A DNA stretch of 64,000 bases, taken from positions 14,947 to 78,946 of the IMG/VR virus record IMGVR_UViG_3300035034_001897. One strand, written 5' to 3'. The notes under the pieces are model-generated. The model was not told the DNA's origin. It worked only from the letters and a program-made list of their open reading frames with translations, and did not search any database. Shown here piece after piece: positions 48,393 through 57,447 of the stretch. The DNA comes from a virus. Within the stretch, counting starts at the first letter, position 1. Each line of letters opens with the position of its first letter. The position numbers and the translations under genes are program-made.

Positions 48393-49763
48393 ATGGCAAA
48401 AACATTAACTGGAAATTTTCTTAATGAATTATATAAGTGTTGCACACGAAAAACTGATGTGTTATCTCTTGCAAAAATTCATCTAAAGTATAATTTTCTA
48501 CCATCGGAAGAGTATAAAGAGATCTGGCAGTCAATGTGTGAACATTATGATTTGACTGGTAGATTATTGACAATTGGTATGATGACAGAAGAGTTTGTGT
48601 CGAATCGCAAAATCTTAAAAGTAATCTCATCAATCAAGTCAGCAGATGAAATTGGAGATCAAGATGCAATTAATCAACTTGAAACATTTATTAAGAACAA
48701 AATGTTCATAGAAGTCTATGATAAACTAGGCGATCTATTTAACAAAGGTGATAAGCAAGCAACGTTTGAGTTGATAAATGAAGCTGGTGTAATGCTCTCA
48801 TCTTTTACATTGAAGAAAGACGAATACTTCACAAAAATATATGCAGACTTCTTACAAAGACACGATGAAAGGATAAAGGAGCAGCAGCGAATAGAATTAG
48901 AAGGACGCAGTAGTAATATAGTTCCGACAGGGATTAAACCTTTAGATCAAGCTCTTCAAGGAGGGGTTGCTAGAGGAAATACTTTACTATTAATGGCTCA
49001 GTCTGGTGTAGGAAAGAGTAAAATGGCTAAATGGTGCGGATTGAGTGCATCAAGAAGAGGTTTTAGAGTACTTCATATTCAAGGTGAAGGTAGTGCAAAA
49101 GAAGTAGAAGATGCTTATGATGCAGGATTTGTAGGATTAAACACTCACAAACTCAAATATAATTCATTATCAGGTTTAGAAAGAAATAAGATTGATAAAT
49201 CCATTAAGCAGCTACAACATTTTGGTGGAGAGATTTATCTCAAAGCATATGAACAATTTGATACCGCTTCTTATAGAGATATAAGAGAATACGTTCAAGA
49301 AATTACTGATAAAGATGGACCACTAGATATGATTATTGTTGATTATCTTGAATTATTCAATCCAGGTAATGGTAAAAAGTATTCAACTAACAATGAAGGA
49401 GAGCGAGCGAGAAGAATAGCATGTGCAGAATCCTTTAAAAATATTTGCGTAGAATTTGATATTGCTGGAATTATACCTACTCAATCAAACGATATATCTC
49501 CTACATTCTTAAATGATCCTACATTCATTCTTACAAGACATAACATCTCAGAAGCAAAAGGTGTAGTAAAACCATTCACATACTTCATAACTCTAAATCA
49601 GACTTTCGATGAAAAGAAAGAGAAGATTTTAAGGCTATATATTGATAAAGCAAGATTTATAGATCAAAGTATGCAGCCTATCATACACATCTGCACTAAA
49701 TTTGAAGTTGATAGATTTTATGATCATATGAGATCAGTCGAAAAGTTTGGTTATGAACAATAA
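48393..49763 (+). CDS. Replicative DnaB-like (SF4) helicase
   Basis: VPTGI..LD..L.GG, AQSGVGKS, IIVDYL and TQSN motifs. Confidence 0.9.
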   Translation: MAKTLTGNFLNELYKCCTRKTDVLSLAKIHLKYNFLPSEEYKEIWQSMCEHYDLTGRLLTIGMMTEEFVSNRKILKVISSIKSADEIGDQDAINQLETFIKNKMFIEVYDKLGDLFNKGDKQATFELINEAGVMLSSFTLKKDEYFTKIYADFLQRHDERIKEQQRIELEGRSSNIVPTGIKPLDQALQGGVARGNTLLLMAQSGVGKSKMAKWCGLSASRRGFRVLHIQGEGSAKEVEDAYDAGFVGLNTHKLKYNSLSGLERNKIDKSIKQLQHFGGEIYLKAYEQFDTASYRDIREYVQEITDKDGPLDMIIVDYLELFNPGNGKKYSTNNEGERARRIACAESFKNICVEFDIAGIIPTQSNDISPTFLNDPTFILTRHNISEAKGVVKPFTYFITLNQTFDEKKEKILRLYIDKARFIDQSMQPIIHICTKFEVDRFYDHMRSVEKFGYEQ

Positions 49764-50781
49764 TCATACATATATACAAAATGAAGTAATCAAAGCGTTC
49801 AAGCTGGACGTTCGCAATAAATCTCCAAAAGGATGGATTCAAGGAGCAATTTGTCCATTCTGTAATCAGAATGATAAGTTTGGAATAAAGTTAAATAAAG
49901 TTAAAGGAGGACAATATCGCAATCACATCTCTTTTAACTGCTACAGAGGTAGCTGTCAAGAGAAAGGTAGTGAGTATAAGTTATTGACGGTTATTGGTAA
50001 AGGACATTTACTTAAACACGGAGAATTTATAGGTGATACTGAAAAAGTAACCAATACAATTATTGCAGTAGAAGAAATAATGCCTAAATTAGAGGTTCCT
50101 ACTGTCACTTTGCCATTTGGATTTAGAAGATGTAGTACACATCCATATTTAGTTGGAAGAGGATTTCAACCTTGGCAATTTGAGACGTATGTGATAGGTA
50201 CAACTAAACTAGATACTGGATTGAAAAATTATATAATTTTTTCAGTAACAGAAGAAGGAGAGCATAAAGGATATGTTTCAAGAATTGTGTGGGATGGAGC
50301 AACTATTGATCAGTATGAAAGAAGCACTGGAAGACGAGTTGCAAAATATAAAAATGAAGGAGGAGTTGATTTCGGTAAGCTACTTTTTGGAATTGATGAG
50401 ATAACTGAAAATACTGAACAAGTAATTCTAGTTGAAGGAGTAACCGACAAAACTAACGTTGATGTTGAGTTAGAACTATATTCATCTGAAGAAGTTAAGT
50501 GTTGTGCTACGTTTGGCAAGAAAATCAGTGAGGAACAGATAGTTAAGTTATGGTTGAAGGGAGTGAGAAAAGTAACTTTGATGTACGATCCAGATGCAAT
50601 TGAAGAGTCAAAACGATATGGTCACGTACTAGAGCTTTGGCAAATGGATGTAAAAGTAGGATATTTGTCTGACAAAGATCCAGGTGAATTAAATCGTGAA
50701 CAAATACATCAGGTTTTATTAGATAGTAAAACACCAAATCAATTCTCAATTGATAAGGTACAAAAACGAAAATTACAATAA
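49753..50781 (+). CDS. DNA primase (Zn finger + TOPRIM)
   Basis: CPFC...C...C, ILVEGVTD, YDPDA and KDPG motifs. Confidence 0.88.
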   Translation: MNNNHTYIQNEVIKAFKLDVRNKSPKGWIQGAICPFCNQNDKFGIKLNKVKGGQYRNHISFNCYRGSCQEKGSEYKLLTVIGKGHLLKHGEFIGDTEKVTNTIIAVEEIMPKLEVPTVTLPFGFRRCSTHPYLVGRGFQPWQFETYVIGTTKLDTGLKNYIIFSVTEEGEHKGYVSRIVWDGATIDQYERSTGRRVAKYKNEGGVDFGKLLFGIDEITENTEQVILVEGVTDKTNVDVELELYSSEEVKCCATFGKKISEEQIVKLWLKGVRKVTLMYDPDAIEESKRYGHVLELWQMDVKVGYLSDKDPGELNREQIHQVLLDSKTPNQFSIDKVQKRKLQ

Positions 50782-51290
50782 TGACACACAAATCAAGAAA
50801 CTTGCCTCTTTACGATTTCTTAGAATGCTTGCAACAAGAATATGTTGCAGCAGAAGTGAGGAGTAAAACATATCCATCAAACAACGATAAGAGGTATCAT
50901 CGTAAAGTGATGGGATATAAGAGAGAAAAAATCGAAGATATTGCTCAACGCAATCAACTTTCAACGATATTTAATGATCAGACGAAAATGAAAAATATGT
51001 ACAATTCAATGTACACTCATTTTGGATTACCTGAATTTTGCTATAAAGATGACAGCGATAGATCTAAGTTTGAACAAAACGATATTCTCAACTACTTTGC
51101 TGTAGGAGGAGAAGTAAAGATTCAAGAGGAAAGTGGAATAAGTATAGGGATTATTAGTGATAATGAGCAGCTTGAAGTTAAGTGGCAAAATAACGAAGAT
51201 GACTTACAAAATACTCCAATTGCAGTTAAAAAGAGAAATGAGAGCGGAGACGTCGTAGTACTAATCTCTCAATTATCTAGAATTTTATAA
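50781..51290 (+). CDS. Hypothetical protein
   Basis: ORF track; coupled to the primase gene. Confidence 0.6.
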   Translation: MTHKSRNLPLYDFLECLQQEYVAAEVRSKTYPSNNDKRYHRKVMGYKREKIEDIAQRNQLSTIFNDQTKMKNMYNSMYTHFGLPEFCYKDDSDRSKFEQNDILNYFAVGGEVKIQEESGISIGIISDNEQLEVKWQNNEDDLQNTPIAVKKRNESGDVVVLISQLSRIL

Positions 51291-51302
51291 AAAATCGTAA
51301 CT

Positions 51303-51761
51303 ATGTTTCAATCAACAAAATTAGAAGATGGGTTTAGCGCTTGTTTTCGTCAATGGAAAGCAACAACAACGCACTGTAAACATCTTCACGGATATGCACT
51401 TTCATTTAAGATAGTGTTTGAAGGAGAGTTAGATTACAGAAATTGGATAGTAGATTTCGGAGGATTTAAACGAAGCAAAGTGTCCATTGATGGATTTTCT
51501 CCTAAAGAGTGGTTCAAGTATATGTTCGACCACACTACCGTTATATCAAATGATGATCCTGATCTAGAGACATTCAGAATGTTAGAGTCAACTGGAGCCA
51601 TTCAATTGAGATTAGTTGATGCTGTAGGCTGTGAAATGTTTGCAAAACTAGTGTATGACAAATTGCAAGACTGGGTTGAGTTAGAGACTAAAGGAAGATG
51701 CAGAGTCGTAAGTGTAGAGTGTAAAGAGCACGAAAAAAATTCTGCGATTTATGTTGGATAA
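51303..51761 (+). CDS. queD: 6-carboxytetrahydropterin synthase
   Basis: CKHLHGY, IVDFG, FDH, GCEMFA and EHEKNSA motifs. Confidence 0.9.
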   Translation: MFQSTKLEDGFSACFRQWKATTTHCKHLHGYALSFKIVFEGELDYRNWIVDFGGFKRSKVSIDGFSPKEWFKYMFDHTTVISNDDPDLETFRMLESTGAIQLRLVDAVGCEMFAKLVYDKLQDWVELETKGRCRVVSVECKEHEKNSAIYVG

Positions 51762-51786
51762 TAGATATAAAGGTAGTATCTTTATG
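51753..51786 (+). promoter_or_regulatory. Class A promoter copy
   Basis: gttggataatagatataaaggtagtatctttatg. Confidence 0.75.
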
Positions 51787-51808
51787 TAAAGGAAATGACA
51801 ATCATATT

Positions 51809-52251
51809 ATGGAAGAGATTCAAAAAGGAAATAGAGCAAGATTTGATCAGATCAAGAATCAAGTTGAAGATAGTTTTGAGAAAGGCAAAGAAATGCCAAT
51901 CGGCACTATTTCAAACGGACGCAAGAAAATCGCTAAGGTAAATGGGTGCCAGTTACGAAAGAGAAGGAGTCTATTAAAATAGACACTAACAGATTCTTTG
52001 ATCAAGTGTTTAGTGGAGAAACTATTAGATCTAAAAAAGACTACGAATCGACATTTAAGTCATCGATTGGATTAGATGACGCTGATTTAGAAATGCAACT
52101 TCGATTAGGTTTTGAGAAATATAAAAAAAGTAAATCGCACGACTATCACAGACTTCAATCTAAACCTTTTAGTAATCATAGAGATGCACTGATAAAATTC
52201 TTTAAGCACGGAAGAGACAAATTTATTAACAAGCAGGGAAAGAAACTTTGA
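51809..52251 (+). CDS. Leader-bearing hypothetical protein; 1-nt frame break at ~51936
   Basis: MEEIQKGNRARFDQIKNQVEDSFEKGKEMPIGTISNGRKKIA[K]GKWVPVTKEK..., nearly identical to KGKEMPVGTVSNGRKKMPNGSWVPV in 3579. Confidence 0.7.
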
Positions 52252-52299
52252 CATAAAGGATCAAATCAAAAAATAATCGTAAATTTAAAATCGGAACAA

Positions 52300-52644
52300 A
52301 TGAATATTTTAGAATCGCAATTAAGTAAAAACGGATTTATCTACAATTTAATACAAAGAGAAACTTTACAGGACAATAAGTCTGTCGCTATATACTCTCA
52401 ACACACTAAAGATCAACCTACTACAGAAGTGATAGCTTATGAAGTATTTATCATACCTCTTCGCAAAAAAGATGTGATGACTCCAACAAAAATACTACTT
52501 CCAGCTGGAGAAGTTTATCCAGGAAATGAATACTTTGGATCATTTGCTAAATCAATTTATGCAAGCAATGATCCCCAACAAGCTCTTAATAGAGCACAAC
52601 AATATTTTGAACAATTTAAAACTCATATAGTAAATGGATCATAA
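52300..52644 (+). CDS. Hypothetical phage protein
   Basis: ORF track; YEVF...EVYP..E.FG pattern. Confidence 0.6.
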   Translation: MNILESQLSKNGFIYNLIQRETLQDNKSVAIYSQHTKDQPTTEVIAYEVFIIPLRKKDVMTPTKILLPAGEVYPGNEYFGSFAKSIYASNDPQQALNRAQQYFEQFKTHIVNGS

Positions 52645-53388
52645 CAAGAAACAGCCAATAGTAGAAGCGTATCCTTGTCTACAAAGTGAGGGCTCCCTAA
52701 CAGGAGTTCCTCATTTTCTTATACGCACAACTGGATGCACATTAAGGTGTCAATTTAGCGAAACAGATTTCTGTGATAGTTGGTACACAAGTTGGCATCC
52801 TGAAAAAGGAGAATTTACATTGCAAACAATATGGGATATGTATGAAAAATATCCTCATATCAAACACGTAATGATTTCTGGAGGATCTCCTACAATGCAC
52901 GCAGAACTGCTTAGAGAACTTACAATCGTTAGTAGTAGAGACTACAATATGCATATCACATTAGAAACAGAAGGAAGTTTATTTGTAGAAGGTTGTGTAA
53001 TTGACCTATTATCGCTTAGCCCTAAATTTAGTAATTCATTACCTAGAATAGGAACAAAGACTCCTAATGGTAAAGATGTGACTGCAAAACACTACGCTCG
53101 TCACGAAAAACATCGCAAAAATTACGATGCAATGAAAAAATGGATTAGTTCTGCAGCAGACTATCAACTCAAACCAGTATTCTCATCAATAGAGGATATG
53201 GATGAGATAGAGCAAGTAATGAATGAATTAAATGTTCCTAAAACTAAAACTTGGTTGATGCCTGCAGGATCTATACCATCAGAATTAGCTAAGAAGAGAG
53301 TTGCTCTAATGGAATTTTTTGGAAGAACGGCTTCAACTACACCGATCGCATACATATAGTAGCTTATGGAGATCAAAGAGGAGTTTAA
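52634..53388 (+). CDS. queE: 7-carboxy-7-deazaguanine synthase (radical SAM); 1-nt frame break at ~53318
   Basis: LQSEG, GCTLRC..FCDS, ISGGSP, LETEG and LSPK motifs. The -1 frame restores the canonical end WKNGFNYTDRIHIVAYGDQRGV. Confidence 0.9.
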
Positions 53389-54013
53389 TGTCTCGTCAGG
53401 CATATATGCGATAATCAATCCTAAAGGTAAGATTTATATAGGCGAATCTGTTAATATACAGAAAAGACTATCTCAATATGCGAATGGTCATTATAAGAAG
53501 CAATGGAAGTTAGCCAATTCCATCAATAAGTATGGGTGGGAATCTCACATAACAATTGTATTACAGTATTGCAATGTATCTCTACTAAAACAAAAAGAGA
53601 GATATTTTGAATTGAAATATAAATCTTTAAGTGCCTTAGGTCTAAATCTAAAGCTAACTGGAATAGGAGAGATTAAAACACTAGATTCAAGTGCAGTTAG
53701 AAATAATAAATCTAAAGGACAGTTAGGAAGAACCCAATCTCTGTTTACAAAAAACAAACTTTCAAAGCAGAGATTAGGTGTTAAAAAATCTAAACAGACG
53801 AGGATTAATATGAGTAAAGCTAAACTAGGAGTGTCTCAATCAAAAACTCATATTGAGAAAATAGCTGCAGCTAAGCATAAAAAGTGTAAAATTAATGGAG
53901 TTTTGTATTCTAGTTTAAAGCAAGCATACACTCAACTTGAAATACCTAAAGGCACTCTTATTCACAGAGTTCATAGTAAAAATAAAAAATTTGTAAATTA
54001 TAAACTTATATGA
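53366..54013 (+). mobile_element. Free-standing GIY-YIG homing endonuclease with NUMOD3-like repeats
   Basis: SGIYAI...KIYIGES.NI.KR; repeated S..T+.+MS.A+LG units; inserted between queE and folE. Confidence 0.85.
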
Positions 54014-54648
54014 AGAATATACAATTATTGAAACGTGCTAATGGAAATCTTGTTCGCACAAAAGAGCAAAAAGAGCAGATGATCGAAGAGATGACTGTTC
54101 ATTATGGTAATTTTTTAACTGCAGCAGGTTATGATTACAAAGCAGATCCTAATACAGAAAACACTCCACGTAGATATGCAAAATCATTTGTTAACGACTT
54201 GATTGCTGGATGTTTAGAGCAGCCTCCAGAAATTACAGCATTTCCTAGTGAAGGCTATACTGGAATAGTGTTAGAGAAAAACATCCCCTTTGCATCAATG
54301 TGCTCACATCATAATCGTGAAATTGTAGGTAAAGTGCATATTGCATATATTCCAGGCAAAACTGATGGTACTGTAATAGGATTATCTAAGATGAACCGAT
54401 TAGTTGAACATTACTCAAGAAGACCTCAGATTCAAGAAGGTTTGACTGTTCAAATACATTCACATCTCGATAAAGTGTTGAAGAATAATAGAGGAGTTGC
54501 TGTTATCATAGAAGCTGCTCACGGATGCGTTTCTTGTCGTGGTGTTAAGCATAAAGGGGCGTCAATGTCAACATCTCAACTTTCTGGATATTTCTGGACT
54601 AATGAGATAGGAACTAGAGCTGAACTATTCAACTTAATAGGTAAGTAA
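54010..54648 (+). CDS. folE: GTP cyclohydrolase I
   Basis: TPRR, SMCSHH, IGLSKMNR, RRPQIQE and HGCVSCRG motifs. Confidence 0.95.
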   Translation: MKNIQLLKRANGNLVRTKEQKEQMIEEMTVHYGNFLTAAGYDYKADPNTENTPRRYAKSFVNDLIAGCLEQPPEITAFPSEGYTGIVLEKNIPFASMCSHHNREIVGKVHIAYIPGKTDGTVIGLSKMNRLVEHYSRRPQIQEGLTVQIHSHLDKVLKNNRGVAVIIEAAHGCVSCRGVKHKGASMSTSQLSGYFWTNEIGTRAELFNLIGK

Positions 54649-55166
54649 TGAAACTATTAATCAGTGAACATAAGATTAAAGGCTGTTGTAAGAGAATTGC
54701 GAGAGAAATCTCGCAAACTTACAGAACATCAAAAAATGAGATCAATGGTGTGGTACTAATTGGTATTGCAAATGGTGTACTGCCTTTTCTGGTAGATATG
54801 AGTAGAGAAATTGCAGCAGACGTACCAGTAGAAATTGATTTGGTTCATTGTAGCTCTTATACTGGAATGTTTAAGAAAGGTAAAGTTAAATTTTCTAAAC
54901 TTCCATCAACAGATTTGACCAACAAATTAGTGATTATCGTTGATGATATAGTAGATAGTGGAGACACTATGACTGCAGTTAGTCATAAATTATTGAAATT
55001 TAAGCCTAAAGCAATTCAAACGTGCTGCTTACTTAAACGTAAGAGTTGTAAATCGTATCTACATTATTTAGGTAGAGTGGTTGATGACGGATTATGGGTT
55101 ATAGGGTATGGACTAGACGATGACGGATTAAAGCGTAATATGAAACAAATTTATATAAAACAGTAA
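54648..55166 (+). CDS. Purine phosphoribosyltransferase (HPRT-like)
   Basis: SSY loop, IIVDDIVDSGDT PRPP-binding motif, VIGYGLD. Confidence 0.9.
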   Translation: MKLLISEHKIKGCCKRIAREISQTYRTSKNEINGVVLIGIANGVLPFLVDMSREIAADVPVEIDLVHCSSYTGMFKKGKVKFSKLPSTDLTNKLVIIVDDIVDSGDTMTAVSHKLLKFKPKAIQTCCLLKRKSCKSYLHYLGRVVDDGLWVIGYGLDDDGLKRNMKQIYIKQ

Positions 55167-55169
55167 AAT

Positions 55170-55709
55170 ATGTTAAACGGAAAACGGTTAGTTGAGAGAG
55201 AAATTATCTCTGGTAAAATCGAACAAGAAAATGTTAGTCAACATGGAATTGATCTTAATGTCATTGAAATCCAACAAATTTTTGGAGGAGGTGTTATTCC
55301 TCAAAAAGGTAAAACGACTTTAGGCAAGTGTGAGAAGGTTGAGTTAACTTTTGATAAAGAAAACGGAACTAATTTTTGGCTACTTCGTCCTGGAGTTTAT
55401 GACGTCAAATTTAAGCAAGGATGTAGCATTCCTGACGATATGATGATGTTGATTAGACAGAGAAGTAGTCTGTTAAGAAACGGAACAATTCTTCATAGTA
55501 GCGTATTTGATGCAGGATTCAAGACAAAAAATATTGGAACTGTAATGGTAGTTAACTGCCCAATTATGATTGAGTATGGAGCTCGAATTGCTCAAATATA
55601 TGGACACGCTTGCGATAAAGTTGAAAATCTTTACGATGGACAATGGCAAGGAGATTCTCAAAGAACAATTCCTCAAGTAACCGAAGACGAAACTCAAAAA
55701 ACATCATAA
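55170..55709 (+). CDS. Trimeric dUTPase/dCTP-deaminase-family protein
   Basis: GIDL, QRSSLLRNG, FDAGF, GARIAQ and YDGQWQ motifs. Confidence 0.85.
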   Translation: MLNGKRLVEREIISGKIEQENVSQHGIDLNVIEIQQIFGGGVIPQKGKTTLGKCEKVELTFDKENGTNFWLLRPGVYDVKFKQGCSIPDDMMMLIRQRSSLLRNGTILHSSVFDAGFKTKNIGTVMVVNCPIMIEYGARIAQIYGHACDKVENLYDGQWQGDSQRTIPQVTEDETQKTS

Positions 55710-56596
55710 TGAAAACAAACATCGTAATTAAATTTGCAGTAGAAGGCATTCACGCTTGGCCAGGAATTGTCGAAAATCTTCAATTAGTAGAAAGAGTAGG
55801 ATTCTTACAATTCCCTCACAGACACACCTTTACATTTAAAGCAATTAAGTCTGTGTCACACGACGATCGTGATATTGAAATCATTGACTTGAAAAGAGGA
55901 ATGATTCACTTTCTTCATAATCAATATGGTAAGGCACCTAGTGAAAAGATTGAAGGATATACAAGTCATTGTGATTTCGGATCAATGTCTTGTGAAATGA
56001 TTGCAAAACAAATGGTTAAAATGTTTGATTTGCAGAGTTGTGAGGTGTTAGAGGATAATGAGAATGGTGCAGTCGTAGAAAATCTAAAACCTGCAGGACT
56101 GAAAACTCTACAAGAGTATTTAGTAGATCCTACACGAAAAGGTAAGGGAAGTAATATAGTGTTCATTTGCGGTCCTTTATGTAGTGGAAAATCATTTACT
56201 GCAAAAGCTATGTCTAATCATATTCGATCTGAAAAAGACAATGTACCAGTAATTGAAGTTGAGATTTCAGATATTGTTAAATCGATTAAGAAAGCGACTG
56301 AAAGAAAAGATCTTCAAGGATTTCCTGAATTAGATGAGCAAATTGTCAAAGAAATCGATCGAGTAGCAGATGTTAATATAACTAGTGCAATTGTTGTATC
56401 AGGAGCTCGTCAAACGTCAATACTTCAAGCATTTCCACTAGCAAGTGCAATTTGGATTGAAGTGCCAGATATAATTAGAAAATCACGATATGGAGATAGC
56501 GACAAAGATCAAAGACAAGACTTTGAAACTGCAAATCGCAGAGATGAAGAGTTAGGTTTAACTGAATTAAAACAATACATATTTACAAAAATCTAA
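55709..56596 (+). CDS. QueD-paralog T-fold protein (DpdL-like CDG decarboxylase) fused to a P-loop nucleotide kinase
   Basis: Start set at the TAATG ATG 55709. EGIHAWP, LQFPHRHTF (LxxxHRHxF), SCEMIA and EDNENGA, then ICGPLCSGKS Walker A, VSGARQ and a lid-like R..R segment. Confidence 0.72.
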   Translation: MKTNIVIKFAVEGIHAWPGIVENLQLVERVGFLQFPHRHTFTFKAIKSVSHDDRDIEIIDLKRGMIHFLHNQYGKAPSEKIEGYTSHCDFGSMSCEMIAKQMVKMFDLQSCEVLEDNENGAVVENLKPAGLKTLQEYLVDPTRKGKGSNIVFICGPLCSGKSFTAKAMSNHIRSEKDNVPVIEVEISDIVKSIKKATERKDLQGFPELDEQIVKEIDRVADVNITSAIVVSGARQTSILQAFPLASAIWIEVPDIIRKSRYGDSDKDQRQDFETANRRDEELGLTELKQYIFTKI

Positions 56597-56613
56597 CATA
56601 AAACAAATTATAT

Positions 56614-57402
56614 ATGGACTTTTACGTAATTCCTCCAGTTAAAAATTTAGACCTAATGCATAAAGGAGATCGGTACTTTTGCTTAGCTCAATTGTATAAA
56701 AAACATAAATCTTATAGAGATTTTTTTAAAAATTTATCTAAAGATTGTTGGATAACTCTAGATTGTGGAGTAGGAGATCACGAACCGGTAACAGAAGATG
56801 CTCTATTCGAGGTAATGCAAGATTTGATGCCAAATGAAGTCATTCCATTAGATGTGTTATTTGAAGCAAATACTACTGTTCAAAATGCAACCAGATTTTA
56901 TCAAAAAATGGTAAGTCACAACTTAGATGATAAAATAGAAATACTTTTCTGTCCACAAGGCGACACTCAAGATCATTGGCTACAAGCATATGTTTGGGCA
57001 CTAGAACAAGATTGGATCGCAACAATAGGTTTAAGTAAAATTGCAATTCCAAATGCGTTTCTAAGAGTAACTAATGACGTAGGAATAATGGAAGGTCGAC
57101 ACAACTGCTTTAATTATTTAAAGGTTAATGATTTACTACATAAACCATTACACCTTTTAGGGATGGGGAACCCTACAGAATTCGCATATTACAAACAATT
57201 TGAAGAAGGACGATTTATTCGTAGTAGTGATAGCTGTAATAGTGTCTGGAGTGCAATGAATGCTCTAGATTGGAAGAGAGGTCATTACGACAGAGTCCCT
57301 ACACCAAAAGATTACTTTGATCGAAATGCATTAACAGACAACGATCAAAGAAGATTTTTGATTGATGAAAATATCGATTTTTTAATAGGTTCAGTACGTT
57401 AA
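56614..57402 (+). CDS. TGT-fold 7-deazaguanine transglycosylase, DpdA-like (probably DpdA3-type)
   Basis: ITLDCG, FCPQG, LHLLG and IRSSDS motifs of the TGT barrel; cluster context. Confidence 0.68.
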   Translation: MDFYVIPPVKNLDLMHKGDRYFCLAQLYKKHKSYRDFFKNLSKDCWITLDCGVGDHEPVTEDALFEVMQDLMPNEVIPLDVLFEANTTVQNATRFYQKMVSHNLDDKIEILFCPQGDTQDHWLQAYVWALEQDWIATIGLSKIAIPNAFLRVTNDVGIMEGRHNCFNYLKVNDLLHKPLHLLGMGNPTEFAYYKQFEEGRFIRSSDSCNSVWSAMNALDWKRGHYDRVPTPKDYFDRNALTDNDQRRFLIDENIDFLIGSVR

Positions 57403-57417
57403 TATATACATAGTGAT

Positions 57418-57428
57418 GTAGTATCTTT
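57418..57428 (+). promoter_or_regulatory. Partial class A promoter core
   Basis: GTAGTATCTTT upstream of 57448. Confidence 0.45.
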
Positions 57429-57447
57429 CTGAAAAGTAAAAATCGGT

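Noticed and set aside
53300-54013. Group I intron in queE carrying the GIY-YIG gene
   Set aside because: queE is completed by a 1-nt correction before the endonuclease body, and no non-coding space exists for an intron core.
55643-55708. Upstream extension of the DpdL-kinase ORF
   Set aside because: It overlaps the dUTPase-family gene; the TAATG-coupled ATG at 55709 fits the genome-wide pattern.
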